Both the position numbers and the translations under genes were made by a program. Shown here one piece after another: positions 1 through 10,699 of a DNA stretch of 64,000 bases; within the stretch, counting starts at the first letter, position 1; the number at the start of each line of letters is the position of its first letter. Under the pieces are notes generated by a model. That model searched no databases, was not told the origin of the DNA, and saw nothing but the letters and a program-made list of their open reading frames with translations. This stretch comes from an uncultured Fibrobacteria bacterium (GTDB lineage Bacteria; Fibrobacterota; Fibrobacteria; UBA11236), in the NCBI GenBank assembly GCA_963716395.1, contig OY970309.1:2848001-2912000 (forward strand), in the 5' to 3' direction.

Positions 1-41
1 GATAAAACCTTATATTCACTGCGTCCTAATTCGGGGGGCTT

Positions 42-893
42 ATGTTCAAGAAGGCAATGAAAGAGGGCTTTGGATTCACCTTCGGCGGGCTGGCCGTAAT
101 CGCCTTGTTGGCGGGTTGTTTGACGAACAGTGGTAATTCGGTCACCGCCCCGTCCATTTCCGGGCAACCCGTAAACGACACCGTAGACATAGGGGGAACC
201 GCAACTTTTTCCGTTGACGCATCCGGAGATTCCCTGACCTATGAATGGTTGAACGGTTCCACCATTCTGTCGGATACGAGCGGTATATCCGGTTCCTCAA
301 CCAACACCTTGACCATTTCGAATGTGGCGGCCAGCGACGGCGGTGCGCAATTTTCCTGCATCGTCAAAAATTCCGCCGGATCCCAGACCAGCTATCCCGC
401 CCTGTTGTTGGTCAATGTTCCGGTGACCACAAAATCCTTGACCGCCGGAGACCAAGGCAATGCGGATCATGGCTCATTTTTGGACATCGACAACATGACC
501 GATTATTTGTCTTCGGAAGTGACGACTCTGGATAATTCCGCGGATATCGACTTGTTCTTCGGATATGGATCGAGCGGATCGGCTATCTACTCTCCCGACG
601 TGGCGGCCGGTTCCAACGGTTTCCCGATTGCTCAAAGCACTTTGACCACGGCCAATATCACGCAAATCCGCTTGGCTGCGGGGGCCGATTTCAATTCCAT
701 CACGAACAAGGCTCAGATCGACGCACTCTGGGCGGCTTCGGCTGCAAATGATGTCGGGGGAAAACTCGTCATCACCAACGGCACCACCTTTATGGCCGAA
801 TCGAATTTGGGTTTGATCGTTCTTATCCAAGTTTCGAGCCTGACCCCGGGTCCCGGCGGAACGGTCGTTTTGACCGGAGTCTCCAAGTTTTAA
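42..893 (+). CDS. Lipoprotein with an immunoglobulin (I-set-like) domain and an uncharacterised C-terminal domain
   Basis: Lipobox LLAGC. Ig pattern PSISGQP..TATFSV.A.G..LTYEW...LTISNVAASDGG.FSCIVKNSAGS. Confidence 0.75.
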   Translation: MFKKAMKEGFGFTFGGLAVIALLAGCLTNSGNSVTAPSISGQPVNDTVDIGGTATFSVDASGDSLTYEWLNGSTILSDTSGISGSSTNTLTISNVAASDGGAQFSCIVKNSAGSQTSYPALLLVNVPVTTKSLTAGDQGNADHGSFLDIDNMTDYLSSEVTTLDNSADIDLFFGYGSSGSAIYSPDVAAGSNGFPIAQSTLTTANITQIRLAAGADFNSITNKAQIDALWAASAANDVGGKLVITNGTTFMAESNLGLIVLIQVSSLTPGPGGTVVLTGVSKF

Positions 894-907
894 TTTTCGG
901 CGCCGGG

Positions 908-947
908 AGCAAAAAAAGCCATCCCACCCGGGATGGCTTTTTTTGCT
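908..947. terminator. Bidirectional intrinsic terminator
   Basis: AGCAAAAAAAGCCATCCC / GGGATGGCTTTTTTTGCT inverted repeat with A and T tracts, about 15 bp after the stop codon. Confidence 0.85.
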
Positions 948-1106
948 GTCAATTGTATGGAAAGAAATCGCCGGAGTTAATTTTCCGGCACCGGGAAGGG
1001 TGGGAGCGAACGGCCCGCACCGCTTCGCCTTCCCGTGGATTTCTAGTGAATAAGCCTGCTGCTTTTTGCCCTCCGTTCCACACGGAACGACCTGCAAAGG
1101 GGAGAT

Positions 1107-3782
1107 ATGAAAACCTTTAAACGCATTCTGTTGGCCGCCATCGTCTTAATCCTGCTCCTCGGAATCGGGATTTACATGGCGGTGAAAATCGCCTTGCCGC
1201 CGAGCAAGATCCGCGAAGTGATCAGCACCAAAGGTTCGCAGGCCTTGGGTCGTCCCATTCAAGTCGGCGCTATCAATGTCGGATTGTTTCCCACCATCAA
1301 GCTTTCGGTGCATGACCTGAAGCTGGCCAATGCGCCGGGCTTTTCGCCGGACCCCATGGTGCAGGTGCGCGAGGTCGATCTCTCGCTCAATTTCCTGTCG
1401 CTGCTGCGCTTCGCGCCCGTCATTCAGCAGATCAAAATCGTGTCGCCCGAATTCCTGTACGAGGTCAATGCCGCGGGGGAAAACAACTTGGCCGGCTTGG
1501 GGGGATCCACCACCACCAACACGAGGGTGGAGGCTTCGGCGCCGGCTGCCGGCTCCCATGCTCCGTCGCCGCTTCCGGAAATACCCGCGGCCGTGGCCCT
1601 GAAATCCTTCGTGATCCAGGATGGCCGCGTGCGCTATCGCGACGCCCGATCCGGGCGCGAAATCACCTTGGGGCGGATCAATCAGGAAGTTTCCTTGCAA
1701 CTCGATCCCCGTTTGCAAGACGTGGTGAGTTCGGGAAAACTGGAGGTCACCCAGATCGCGGTGCGCGATTCGGCCTCGGGTCTGCGTCAGGGGAATTTGC
1801 GTATTGAGTTGAATCACGATATCCGTCTTGATCTTCCCGGCGAACGCCTGCAAATCAAAAAGTTGCAACTGGGGTTTCAGAATATTCACATGGAGATGGA
1901 CGGCTCCATTTCAAATTTCCGTACGACGCCCGTCGTCGATCTGCGCATCGAAGCGCCCGCCATTTCCCTGGCCTCGGTGTTGAAAGAGGTTCCCGCCGCC
2001 TTGTCACCGGAAATTCCCAAGTTCCGCGTCGCCGGCCAGGCGTCTTTCCAAGCCCGCATTCACGGTAAGCTCGACAGCGTCTCGCGGCCGAATGTCGACG
2101 CGGTGCTGCAGGTGCAGGACATGTCGCTGCATGATGCCGATTTGCCGCTGGGCATCGATCATTTGCAGTTGAATCTGACCTTGCGCCACGATTCGTTGGC
2201 CGTCAATCCGCTGACCTTCGCCATGGGGCCCAATCCGGTTCGGGTCGCGCTCTTGATCACCGATTTGCAAACCACGCCCCGGCTCCAGCATCTGACCACC
2301 GATGCCACCTTGGATTTGGGCGCGCTCGCGGCCTTGGCCCAGCGCCTGGGCTTGGCCGATTCCAAAATGGCCGTGAGCGGGATCGAAGCCCTGCATTTAC
2401 AAGCTTCGGGCCTGCTCGATCCCGCCAATCCGCAGAAACTGTCGGCAAATGGTACGGCCGAGTTGCGCGGCGTCACCCTGACCCTGCCCGGCAAACCCAC
2501 GCTGCATGCCGACGGCCGGGTGCAGATCACCAACACCGCCATCCATGAGCAGGTGGCGCTCAAGGTGGGAAAATCCGACCTGGCGGTGACGACCGAGGTC
2601 AGCAATTACCTCGCGCTGGCCCTGCCCAAGCTGGCCCATGGCGAGCGGGCCAAGGTGCGCGTGCAGGTGCATTCGGCGTTGATGGATCTCGATCCCTTCT
2701 TGCCGCCGCCAACGCTGGCGCCGGCGTCTGCGGCCGAGCCTTCGACGACTCCAGCCTTGAAAGCCTATCCACCTCTGCCGCCTGTGGATGCCGACGTCTC
2801 CGTCGACCTGGGGAAAACCCGTTTTCTGGGGCTGGAGATGACGCATTTCCAACTGCATACCACGGTCGGCGCCAAGTCGACGGCCACTACGATCAAAGGC
2901 GGGGTGGCGGGCGGATCATTCTCGGCAGCGGTCAACACGGCATGGCATAGCGCTGCCGACATGGGCGTGGCGTTCAAGCTCAAGGTGGCCAATGTCGAAG
3001 CCAACGATTTCATTTCGCATTTGGATAAAAGGGTGCCGATTCAAAACCGGCTGCTGCGCACCATGACCCAAAGCGACAGCGTGGTATTCGGCAAGCTCAA
3101 CCTCAATCTCGATCTGACCACCCACGGCTTGCCCCAGCATTTCGCCGACAATGCCGCGGGCACCGGCGTGTTTTCGCTGCTCAACGGCCGGCTGATGGAA
3201 ACGGGTTTCACCCGCGGATTTTCCGGCGCCTTGTCCCAGGTCAACTCCGCGCTGGGTTTTCATGAGTTGGCCTTCGGCAGCATGAAAGGCGATCTTCAGG
3301 TGCAAAACGGAAATCTGCTGGTGAAGAATTTCACCATGGAGTCGACGCCCGTGGGTTCGACCCAGGCCGTGGGCCAGATCGGATTCGACAACCGCCTGAA
3401 ACTGCAAATGACCCAGGCGCTGACGCCCGCCGCCTCCAAGGTCGTGGCCGGAGTTTCGGGAGTCTTATCGCATCAATTGGCCAAATTGGTACCCGGAGTG
3501 GGCAAGGTGTCTTTGGTTCCCACCGACAAGGCCGGTCATGCGCTGCTGTACTTCGCCGTGGGGGGCTTGCTCACCAACCCCAGCTTTTCGCTGGACGCCA
3601 AACGCATGGCGCAGGAAGGCTCCGGTTCCGCCAAATCTTCGCTGACCAATACCGCCAAAGCCAAGATCAAGTCGGCGGTGGAGAACAAAGTGCAGGAAGA
3701 AGTGAAGAAGCAGGTGGGCAATTCCGCCGAACAGGCGGCCAAGAAGCAAGGCCGTAAGGTGCTGAAAAACCTGGGGTTTTAA
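1107..3782 (+). CDS. AsmA family (AsmA-like lipid bridge) protein
   Basis: N-terminal TM anchor, GRPIQVG..GLFP.I.LSVHDLKLAN..F...PMVQVREVDLSL, long beta-rich body, AsmA_2-like C-terminus. RBS GGGAG. Confidence 0.85.
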   Translation: MKTFKRILLAAIVLILLLGIGIYMAVKIALPPSKIREVISTKGSQALGRPIQVGAINVGLFPTIKLSVHDLKLANAPGFSPDPMVQVREVDLSLNFLSLLRFAPVIQQIKIVSPEFLYEVNAAGENNLAGLGGSTTTNTRVEASAPAAGSHAPSPLPEIPAAVALKSFVIQDGRVRYRDARSGREITLGRINQEVSLQLDPRLQDVVSSGKLEVTQIAVRDSASGLRQGNLRIELNHDIRLDLPGERLQIKKLQLGFQNIHMEMDGSISNFRTTPVVDLRIEAPAISLASVLKEVPAALSPEIPKFRVAGQASFQARIHGKLDSVSRPNVDAVLQVQDMSLHDADLPLGIDHLQLNLTLRHDSLAVNPLTFAMGPNPVRVALLITDLQTTPRLQHLTTDATLDLGALAALAQRLGLADSKMAVSGIEALHLQASGLLDPANPQKLSANGTAELRGVTLTLPGKPTLHADGRVQITNTAIHEQVALKVGKSDLAVTTEVSNYLALALPKLAHGERAKVRVQVHSALMDLDPFLPPPTLAPASAAEPSTTPALKAYPPLPPVDADVSVDLGKTRFLGLEMTHFQLHTTVGAKSTATTIKGGVAGGSFSAAVNTAWHSAADMGVAFKLKVANVEANDFISHLDKRVPIQNRLLRTMTQSDSVVFGKLNLNLDLTTHGLPQHFADNAAGTGVFSLLNGRLMETGFTRGFSGALSQVNSALGFHELAFGSMKGDLQVQNGNLLVKNFTMESTPVGSTQAVGQIGFDNRLKLQMTQALTPAASKVVAGVSGVLSHQLAKLVPGVGKVSLVPTDKAGHALLYFAVGGLLTNPSFSLDAKRMAQEGSGSAKSSLTNTAKAKIKSAVENKVQEEVKKQVGNSAEQAAKKQGRKVLKNLGF

Positions 3783-3783
3783 T

Positions 3784-4833
3784 TCAGGGGGCCGTGGTTC
3801 CGGCCGCGCCCGGATTCACGGCGCGGCGAAAGCCCGCGAACCAGGGATGGTATTCCAGAATCAAGGCCATGGCCACGGCCCAAACCGGCGCCCCCAAAAA
3901 CAGCATGCGCCCCACGTCGCCCGACAAGAGCACGTGCACGAGAATGACCAAGGCCATTCCCAGGCAGGCCGCATCCATGCGCGCGAGCCAGGCGCGACGG
4001 GCCGCGCGTCCGCCCAGCCATCCGGCCAGAATCACCGCGGTGAAGCCCCCCAGCACGGAGAGCTTTTCCCCCAGGCGATGCAAGCACAATCTTTGCAGCG
4101 AATATCCCAATCCGTTGAAGTGGGACAAGTCGCTATTCCAGCTTTCGGCGGCGGACTTGCCGAGATGATGGTCGATACCCCATCGCAGGGTTAGGGCCAA
4201 CAGCGCCGCACCGGCCACGGCCAGGGATTGGCGCCGCCATCCCAGCGGACCTAAAAACAAAATCGGCACCACGAACACAAAGGATTCTTTGGTCAGCGGT
4301 CCGAGCAAAGTGGCGGTCACAATCAGCGCCGCATGGCGCGTCCGCAGCCCGTACAACGTCATACACAGCACCAGCAAGTAAAGGCTGTCGGTCAGGGGCA
4401 AGGCGGCCATGTCATCGGCGAAGCGGCTGGAAAGCACCCCCACGGTCGCCACCGCCGCGCTCCAGGTTCCGCCGCCATAGGCCCGGCAGGCGGCAAAAAC
4501 GAAGGCCCCGGCCAAGCCGACCAGCACGGAATTCACCAGCAAAAAACCGAAGCGAAACGGCCATTCGCGGCCGCCGCGGAACTGCCAAAGCGAGTGGTAG
4601 AAAGGTGAAACGGCTTTCGCCACCGCCGCGGCCGCCCAGGGCACCAGCACCCGATAGCGGTGCACGGGGTTGACGTTGAGGTTACCCTCGGCCATGTCGA
4701 GATAGCTGCGCGCGTCGCTGGAATGGGTGAAGTGAAAATCGAGGTAGGCATTGTAGGCCGGGCCGAAGATCACGGCCCAGGAAAGAAAGGCGGTGACGGC
4801 GAAGGCTTTGACTCCGGGCGCGGATCGATCCAC
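3784..4833 (-). CDS. Polytopic membrane protein, possibly a GT-C-type glycosyltransferase
   Basis: Many hydrophobic segments. SDARSY in the first loop, RYRVLVP, LTD and KES motifs. Confidence 0.5.
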   Translation of the reverse strand: MDRSAPGVKAFAVTAFLSWAVIFGPAYNAYLDFHFTHSSDARSYLDMAEGNLNVNPVHRYRVLVPWAAAAVAKAVSPFYHSLWQFRGGREWPFRFGFLLVNSVLVGLAGAFVFAACRAYGGGTWSAAVATVGVLSSRFADDMAALPLTDSLYLLVLCMTLYGLRTRHAALIVTATLLGPLTKESFVFVVPILFLGPLGWRRQSLAVAGAALLALTLRWGIDHHLGKSAAESWNSDLSHFNGLGYSLQRLCLHRLGEKLSVLGGFTAVILAGWLGGRAARRAWLARMDAACLGMALVILVHVLLSGDVGRMLFLGAPVWAVAMALILEYHPWFAGFRRAVNPGAAGTTAP

Positions 4834-4902
4834 CCGGGAATTATGGCGCTTCTACCCGCCCGATGCATTCTTTTCGGCCCGCGCTTACGGTATAGTGGGG
4901 GA

Positions 4903-6039
4903 GTGGCCACGACCGCGCCGCGCGCTTTCTTCCCCGGTTTGAACGGCTTGCGCTGCATCGCCGCCCTAATGGTGGTGGTGCAGCACGCCGAACTCTATAA
5001 ATGGATTGTGGGGGCGCCCTCATTGTTCATGGCTCCGGGATTTCATCCCTGGCTGTTGCAAATGGGCGCCCAGGGCGTGGAGATTTTTTTCGTGTTGAGC
5101 GGATTTCTGGTCACCTACTTGTTGTTACACGAACAGGAAAGCCAGGGACGCATCCGCGTGCTGCGATTTTATCTGCGCCGCATGCTGCGCATCTGGCCCT
5201 TGTATTTCCTGATGGTGGCGCTGGGCTTTTTCGTGTTGCCGCATTTCGGATATCCGTCGGAATTGCACGTGAAACTCGCGCCTTATTTCGGGATCAAATT
5301 GCTGCTGATGGTTTGCTTTTTCCCCAACCTGGTGCTGTCGGTGTTCGGTGTCGTGTTTCCGGTTTTTCCACTGTGGAGTATCGGTACCGAAGAGCAGTTC
5401 TATCTGATCTGGCCGCATTTGCTGGCCTGGGCCCAAGGGCGTTGGCTGCGTTCGCTCTTCGTCTTCATGGCCATTTGCGTGGCCCTGAAGGCGGCGGCCG
5501 CCTGGGGGTTGACCCACTCCGCCGCCATGGGGCCGCGTTTGGTCTGGAAGTCGTTGTTTGACGCCCTGCGTTTCGACGCCATGGCCTGGGGCGGGGTGGC
5601 GGCCTGCCTGGTACAGCAACGGCGAACCGCGGTGCTGAAGATCGTGTACCGCCACGAGTCGCAGGCCGCGGCGCTGGCCTTGACCTTGGCGCTGTGGGGG
5701 TGGAATCCCGACTTGGGGGCCTGCAGCGATTTGGTGTATGGCGGGCTGTATGCAGTTCTAATTGTAAATATCGCCACGAATCCAAACACCTGGTTGCGGC
5801 CGGTGCACCGTCTGCTCGACGCCGGCGGCCGGATCTCGTACGGCATCTACGTCTACCATACGCCGCTCCTGTTCGCGCTGCTGTATCTGTTGAAGCCGAA
5901 GGCGCAGGCTTGGTACTTCCAGCCCGTGTTTTACCTCGCCGGATTCTCCGCCACCTTCGCGGTGGCCGCCCTGTCTTACCGGTATTTCGAAGCCCCGATC
6001 CTGGCGCTCAAGTCCCGCTTCGCGGCCGACGCGGATTGA
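4903..6039 (+). CDS. Acyltransferase-3 (OafA-like O-acyltransferase)
   Basis: LNGLRCIAALMVVVQH, GVEIFFVLSGFLV, RRMLRIWPLY, WSIGTEEQFY, GRISYGIYVYH, SYRYFEAP. GTG start at 4903 inferred. Confidence 0.92.
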   Translation: MATTAPRAFFPGLNGLRCIAALMVVVQHAELYKWIVGAPSLFMAPGFHPWLLQMGAQGVEIFFVLSGFLVTYLLLHEQESQGRIRVLRFYLRRMLRIWPLYFLMVALGFFVLPHFGYPSELHVKLAPYFGIKLLLMVCFFPNLVLSVFGVVFPVFPLWSIGTEEQFYLIWPHLLAWAQGRWLRSLFVFMAICVALKAAAAWGLTHSAAMGPRLVWKSLFDALRFDAMAWGGVAACLVQQRRTAVLKIVYRHESQAAALALTLALWGWNPDLGACSDLVYGGLYAVLIVNIATNPNTWLRPVHRLLDAGGRISYGIYVYHTPLLFALLYLLKPKAQAWYFQPVFYLAGFSATFAVAALSYRYFEAPILALKSRFAADAD

Positions 6040-6127
6040 AGCGATCGCAAGCCTGACGGGGCCTGCAGCGGACCCTTGGAAGCCGTCCGCCGGCTGGGGG
6101 TTACGCCGTTATTGTACTTTTGTCGGC

Positions 6128-6889
6128 ATGAATCTCGACGCGTCGCAGCCGGGCCGTGACAGCGCGGAGACACCGCCCCATCGCGGCAGCGCGTTACCCC
6201 CCTCTCTCGGCGAACGTCTCGATCAGTTGTACCTCGACCAGAAGCAACTGGGAGAAATGCAGACCACGGAAATTCCCATTTCCCTGTTACTGGCTTTGGA
6301 CGGGGTTTCCCATCCTGAAAAGGCCCAGGATGCGGGCGGGAACAAAGAGGAACTCACGGCGCATTTGCGGCGCGTGGCCGCGTATGCGGAATTGCTGGCG
6401 CTGAAATACGGCCTGGATCCGGAAGAGGCGAAGCTGGTCAAACAGGTTTGCCCCATGCACGACATCGGGAAATGGATGATCCCTTCGCATATCCTGCAAA
6501 AGCCCAGCGCCTTGGACGCCGGCGAGTGGGACATCATGAAAACCCATGCGCTGGCCGGTTACGAAATCCTGAAAGACAGCAAGCTCGACGTGCTCAAGCT
6601 GGCCGCCATGGTGGCCATGCAGCATCAGGAAAAATTCGACGGTTCGGGGTATCCGTTGGGGTTGCGCGGTGAAGAAATACACCTCTACAGCCGTATCACC
6701 ACCGTGGTCGACGTCTTCGACGCCTTGGGCAGCGCCCGTGCTTACAAGCAACCCTGGTCCAATGACGAGGTGGTGGCGTATTTCCAACGGAACCGGGGTA
6801 CGCATTTCGACCCGGTATTGGTCGATGCGCTGCTGTTGCATCTCGACGACTTTCTCGCCGTGCGCAGCCAATTGACCGCAGCGGATTGA
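6128..6889 (+). CDS. HD-GYP domain phosphodiesterase
   Basis: HLRRVA, HDIGK, HQEKFDGSGYP.GL.GEEI, DVFDAL...R.YK, THFDP. Confidence 0.92.
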   Translation: MNLDASQPGRDSAETPPHRGSALPPSLGERLDQLYLDQKQLGEMQTTEIPISLLLALDGVSHPEKAQDAGGNKEELTAHLRRVAAYAELLALKYGLDPEEAKLVKQVCPMHDIGKWMIPSHILQKPSALDAGEWDIMKTHALAGYEILKDSKLDVLKLAAMVAMQHQEKFDGSGYPLGLRGEEIHLYSRITTVVDVFDALGSARAYKQPWSNDEVVAYFQRNRGTHFDPVLVDALLLHLDDFLAVRSQLTAAD

Positions 6890-6965
6890 TCCGTTCCCGG
6901 CCCAAATTTGCGGCCGGGGCGATTTTCCTGGCTAAGAAGAAAAAGCCGGGATACACTAATCCGGA

Positions 6966-8078
<1,113 letters not shown>

Positions 8079-8131
8079 GCTTGAGCGGTCGGCGCGGGGA
8101 ACGATGCGCAGCGCCTGCACAAAATCCGCGG

Positions 8132-8218
8132 CGGAAGGGGTGGGATTTGAACCCACGTTACAGTTTCCCGTAAATCGGTTTTCGAGACCGACGCCTTAAA
8201 CCGCTCGGCCACCCTTCC
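8132..8218 (-). tRNA. tRNA-Ser (CGA)
   Basis: Reverse complement GGAAGGGTGGCCGAGCGGTTTAAGGCGTCGGTCT-CGA-AAACCGA...GTGGGTTCAAATCCCACCCCTTCCG. Long variable arm, G discriminator, CCA not encoded. Confidence 0.95.
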
Positions 8219-8326
8219 GGAATCGCAGGGGAGAAATTTTAACAAAATCAAAATCCGCGGGGAGAAGGTTGTTATTGTCGCGCATGAATAATACTCTGGG
8301 TTCGACCTTGGATTGTGTTCCGCGTC

Positions 8327-10555
8327 ATGTCCTCTGAGCCGCAACCCGTCCCCATTTTTCCCGAGGAAGCGCCGCGCCCGTCGCCGGCGGCGGCTTTTTC
8401 CCTGCCCGGCCCGCGCCGCGCCTTGACCATCGAGCCCTGCCGCTCGACGGAACTGGGTCCCGAATGGCAATCCGACGGGGTGCGCTTCGGGGTCTACTCG
8501 CGCCATGCGCGCAAGATTCACCTGGCCCTGTTCCGCGACGCGCTTTCCGATCCCGTCGACGTCTTGCCGCTGCCCAGCCGCCACGGACATGTGTTTCAAG
8601 GCCTGGTGCCGGGATTGGAACCGGGTTGGAGCTACGGATTTTTCGCCGACGGACCTTTCGATCCTCGCAACGGGCATCGCTTCAATCCGCAGAAGTTTCT
8701 GCTCGACCCCTATGCGCGCGCCCTCACCGGATCGTTCCGCAACCCGGACGGCGTTCTCTGTGGCCATCCGCCCGGCGGCGAAGACGCCGATCTCGCCTTG
8801 GACCACCGGCCCAGCCATGCCTACATGCCCAAATGCCTGCTGGTCGAAAGCCGCTTCGACTGGCAGGGCGTGCCGGCGCCGCGCCATCCGTCGTCTCAAC
8901 TTGTGATTTATGAAACGCATGTGCGTGGATTTACCCAGCACCCCTCTTCCGGCGTCGCCGAACGCGGTACCTACCGCGGCCTGGTGGAAAAGATTCCGCA
9001 TTTGCGCGCGCTGGGCGTGAACGCCGTCGAGTTGCTCCCGGTGCACGCCAAGGCCACCGAGGGCTTTCTCTCCGCCAAGGGGTTGGTGAATTATTGGGGC
9101 TACAACACCGCGGCTTTTTTTGCGCCCGAACCCGGTTACGGCAGCCGCAGCGCGCCGGGTTGCGAAATCGACGAGTTCAAATTGATGGTGCGCGAATTGC
9201 ATCGCGCCGGCATCGAAGTGATTCTCGACGTGGTCTTCAACCACAGCGCCGAAAGCGCGGAGTCGGGACCCACGCTTTCGCTGCGCGGTCTCGACAACCG
9301 CTCGTATTACGCGCTCACCGGGCCCGACGACGCGCCGCGCCGCTTCTACTGGAACCATACCGGCTGCGGCAACACCTTGGACTTCGGCAGCGAGGCCGTG
9401 CTGCGACTCACCCTGGACGCGCTGCGGTATTGGGTCGAAGAGTACCACATCGACGGATTCCGCTTCGACGAAGCCACGGTGCATGGGCGTGTGGACGGGA
9501 GCGGTTACCGGGCGTCGGCGCCGTTCTTCGCGGCCGTGGCGCAAGATCCCGTGCTGCGGCGCATCCGGCGCATCGCCGAACCCTGGGACGCTGAGGCCTA
9601 CGCCCTGGGCGGCTTTCCCGACGGGTGGATGGAATGGAACGGGAGCTTCCGCGACACGGTGCGCCGCTTCGTGCGCGGCGAAGCCGGTCTTTTGCCGGCG
9701 CTGCGGGCCAGGCTCAACGGTTCGCCCGCCTGGTTCGCCGCGGCCGGGCGCGCAGCCTGCGAAAGCGTGAATTACGTCACCAGCCACGACGGATTCACCT
9801 TGCGCGATCTCGTCACTTACAACCACAAACACAATCAGGCCAACGGCGAAGACAATTGGGATGGAAGCGCCGAAAATTTCAGTTGGAACAGTGGCGAAGA
9901 AGGGGAGACCGCGCGCGCCGAAGTGGAAGAACTGCGCGGTCGGCAGGCCAAAAACCTGCTGCTACTGGTCGCCTTGGCTCGGGGAACGCCGATGTTACTG
10001 GGCGGCGATGAGTTTCTGCGCACCCAAAGCGGGAACAACAATGCCTATTGCCAGGATAACCGGGTTTCCTGGTTGGACTGGAGTCTGGAAAAGCGCCAGA
10101 CCGGATTTCTCCGCTTCGTCCGCCTGCTCATGCCCTGGCGTGAAATCGTTTGGTCCGGCGCGGCGACGGGGGCCGGTGATTTCGAAACGGAGCATTGGGA
10201 GGCCTGGAATGCCGCCGGATTTCCGGCCGAAGAAAAAGATCTCGCCGTGAAACACGGGGGATTTTTTTTGCGCCCCGGAAAGTCCAAGCCGTCGGGGTCG
10301 GGGTTTCTGGAGTTGCACCAAGAGGGGGGATTTTATTTGCTGCTGAACGCCGAAGAAGAGACCCGGACCTTTCACCTGCCCCATCTCGCGCCGCCCTGGC
10401 AATGGAGAATGGTGATCGATACTTCGTTTCCATCGCCGGAAGATGCGGCGGAAATTGGAGCGGGATTTCCTCTGTATTTGGAAAACCGCTACGAGGCGGC
10501 GGATCATTCGGCGGTACTTGTACGCGCCATCAAAAGTAATTCCGAAGGTAATTGA
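8327..10555 (+). CDS. glgX: Glycogen debranching enzyme (GH13 isoamylase type)
   Basis: LLDPYA, NYWGY, DVVFNH, DGFRFD, IAEPWD, NYVTSHDGFTL.DLV, GNNNAYCQDN. Confidence 0.95.
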   Translation: MSSEPQPVPIFPEEAPRPSPAAAFSLPGPRRALTIEPCRSTELGPEWQSDGVRFGVYSRHARKIHLALFRDALSDPVDVLPLPSRHGHVFQGLVPGLEPGWSYGFFADGPFDPRNGHRFNPQKFLLDPYARALTGSFRNPDGVLCGHPPGGEDADLALDHRPSHAYMPKCLLVESRFDWQGVPAPRHPSSQLVIYETHVRGFTQHPSSGVAERGTYRGLVEKIPHLRALGVNAVELLPVHAKATEGFLSAKGLVNYWGYNTAAFFAPEPGYGSRSAPGCEIDEFKLMVRELHRAGIEVILDVVFNHSAESAESGPTLSLRGLDNRSYYALTGPDDAPRRFYWNHTGCGNTLDFGSEAVLRLTLDALRYWVEEYHIDGFRFDEATVHGRVDGSGYRASAPFFAAVAQDPVLRRIRRIAEPWDAEAYALGGFPDGWMEWNGSFRDTVRRFVRGEAGLLPALRARLNGSPAWFAAAGRAACESVNYVTSHDGFTLRDLVTYNHKHNQANGEDNWDGSAENFSWNSGEEGETARAEVEELRGRQAKNLLLLVALARGTPMLLGGDEFLRTQSGNNNAYCQDNRVSWLDWSLEKRQTGFLRFVRLLMPWREIVWSGAATGAGDFETEHWEAWNAAGFPAEEKDLAVKHGGFFLRPGKSKPSGSGFLELHQEGGFYLLLNAEEETRTFHLPHLAPPWQWRMVIDTSFPSPEDAAEIGAGFPLYLENRYEAADHSAVLVRAIKSNSEGN

Positions 10556-10699
10556 AAGTTTTTGTCATGCGCGCGTATACCATTTCGTTTTTTTACTGAA
10601 AGACTGCCGCAAATGCATGTACCGGCGCGGGTTTATACCGATGTTTATATAAATTTCCCCGCGCTTTGAAAATCGTCAAGTTCAAAAGTTTTTTTTCAC

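Noticed and set aside
992-1011. Weak similarity to the tRNA-Ser 3' end (possible att site bounding an island)
   Set aside because: The match is short and gapped, no integrase is present, and the intervening asmA looks like a core gene.
10556-10699. Possible c-di-AMP (ydaO) riboswitch upstream of the KimA-like permease
   Set aside because: The conserved GCTGAA / GGGGTGAAT / AACCCG.CAGC elements are absent. Only a short GCGCGGG/CCCGCGC inverted repeat is present.
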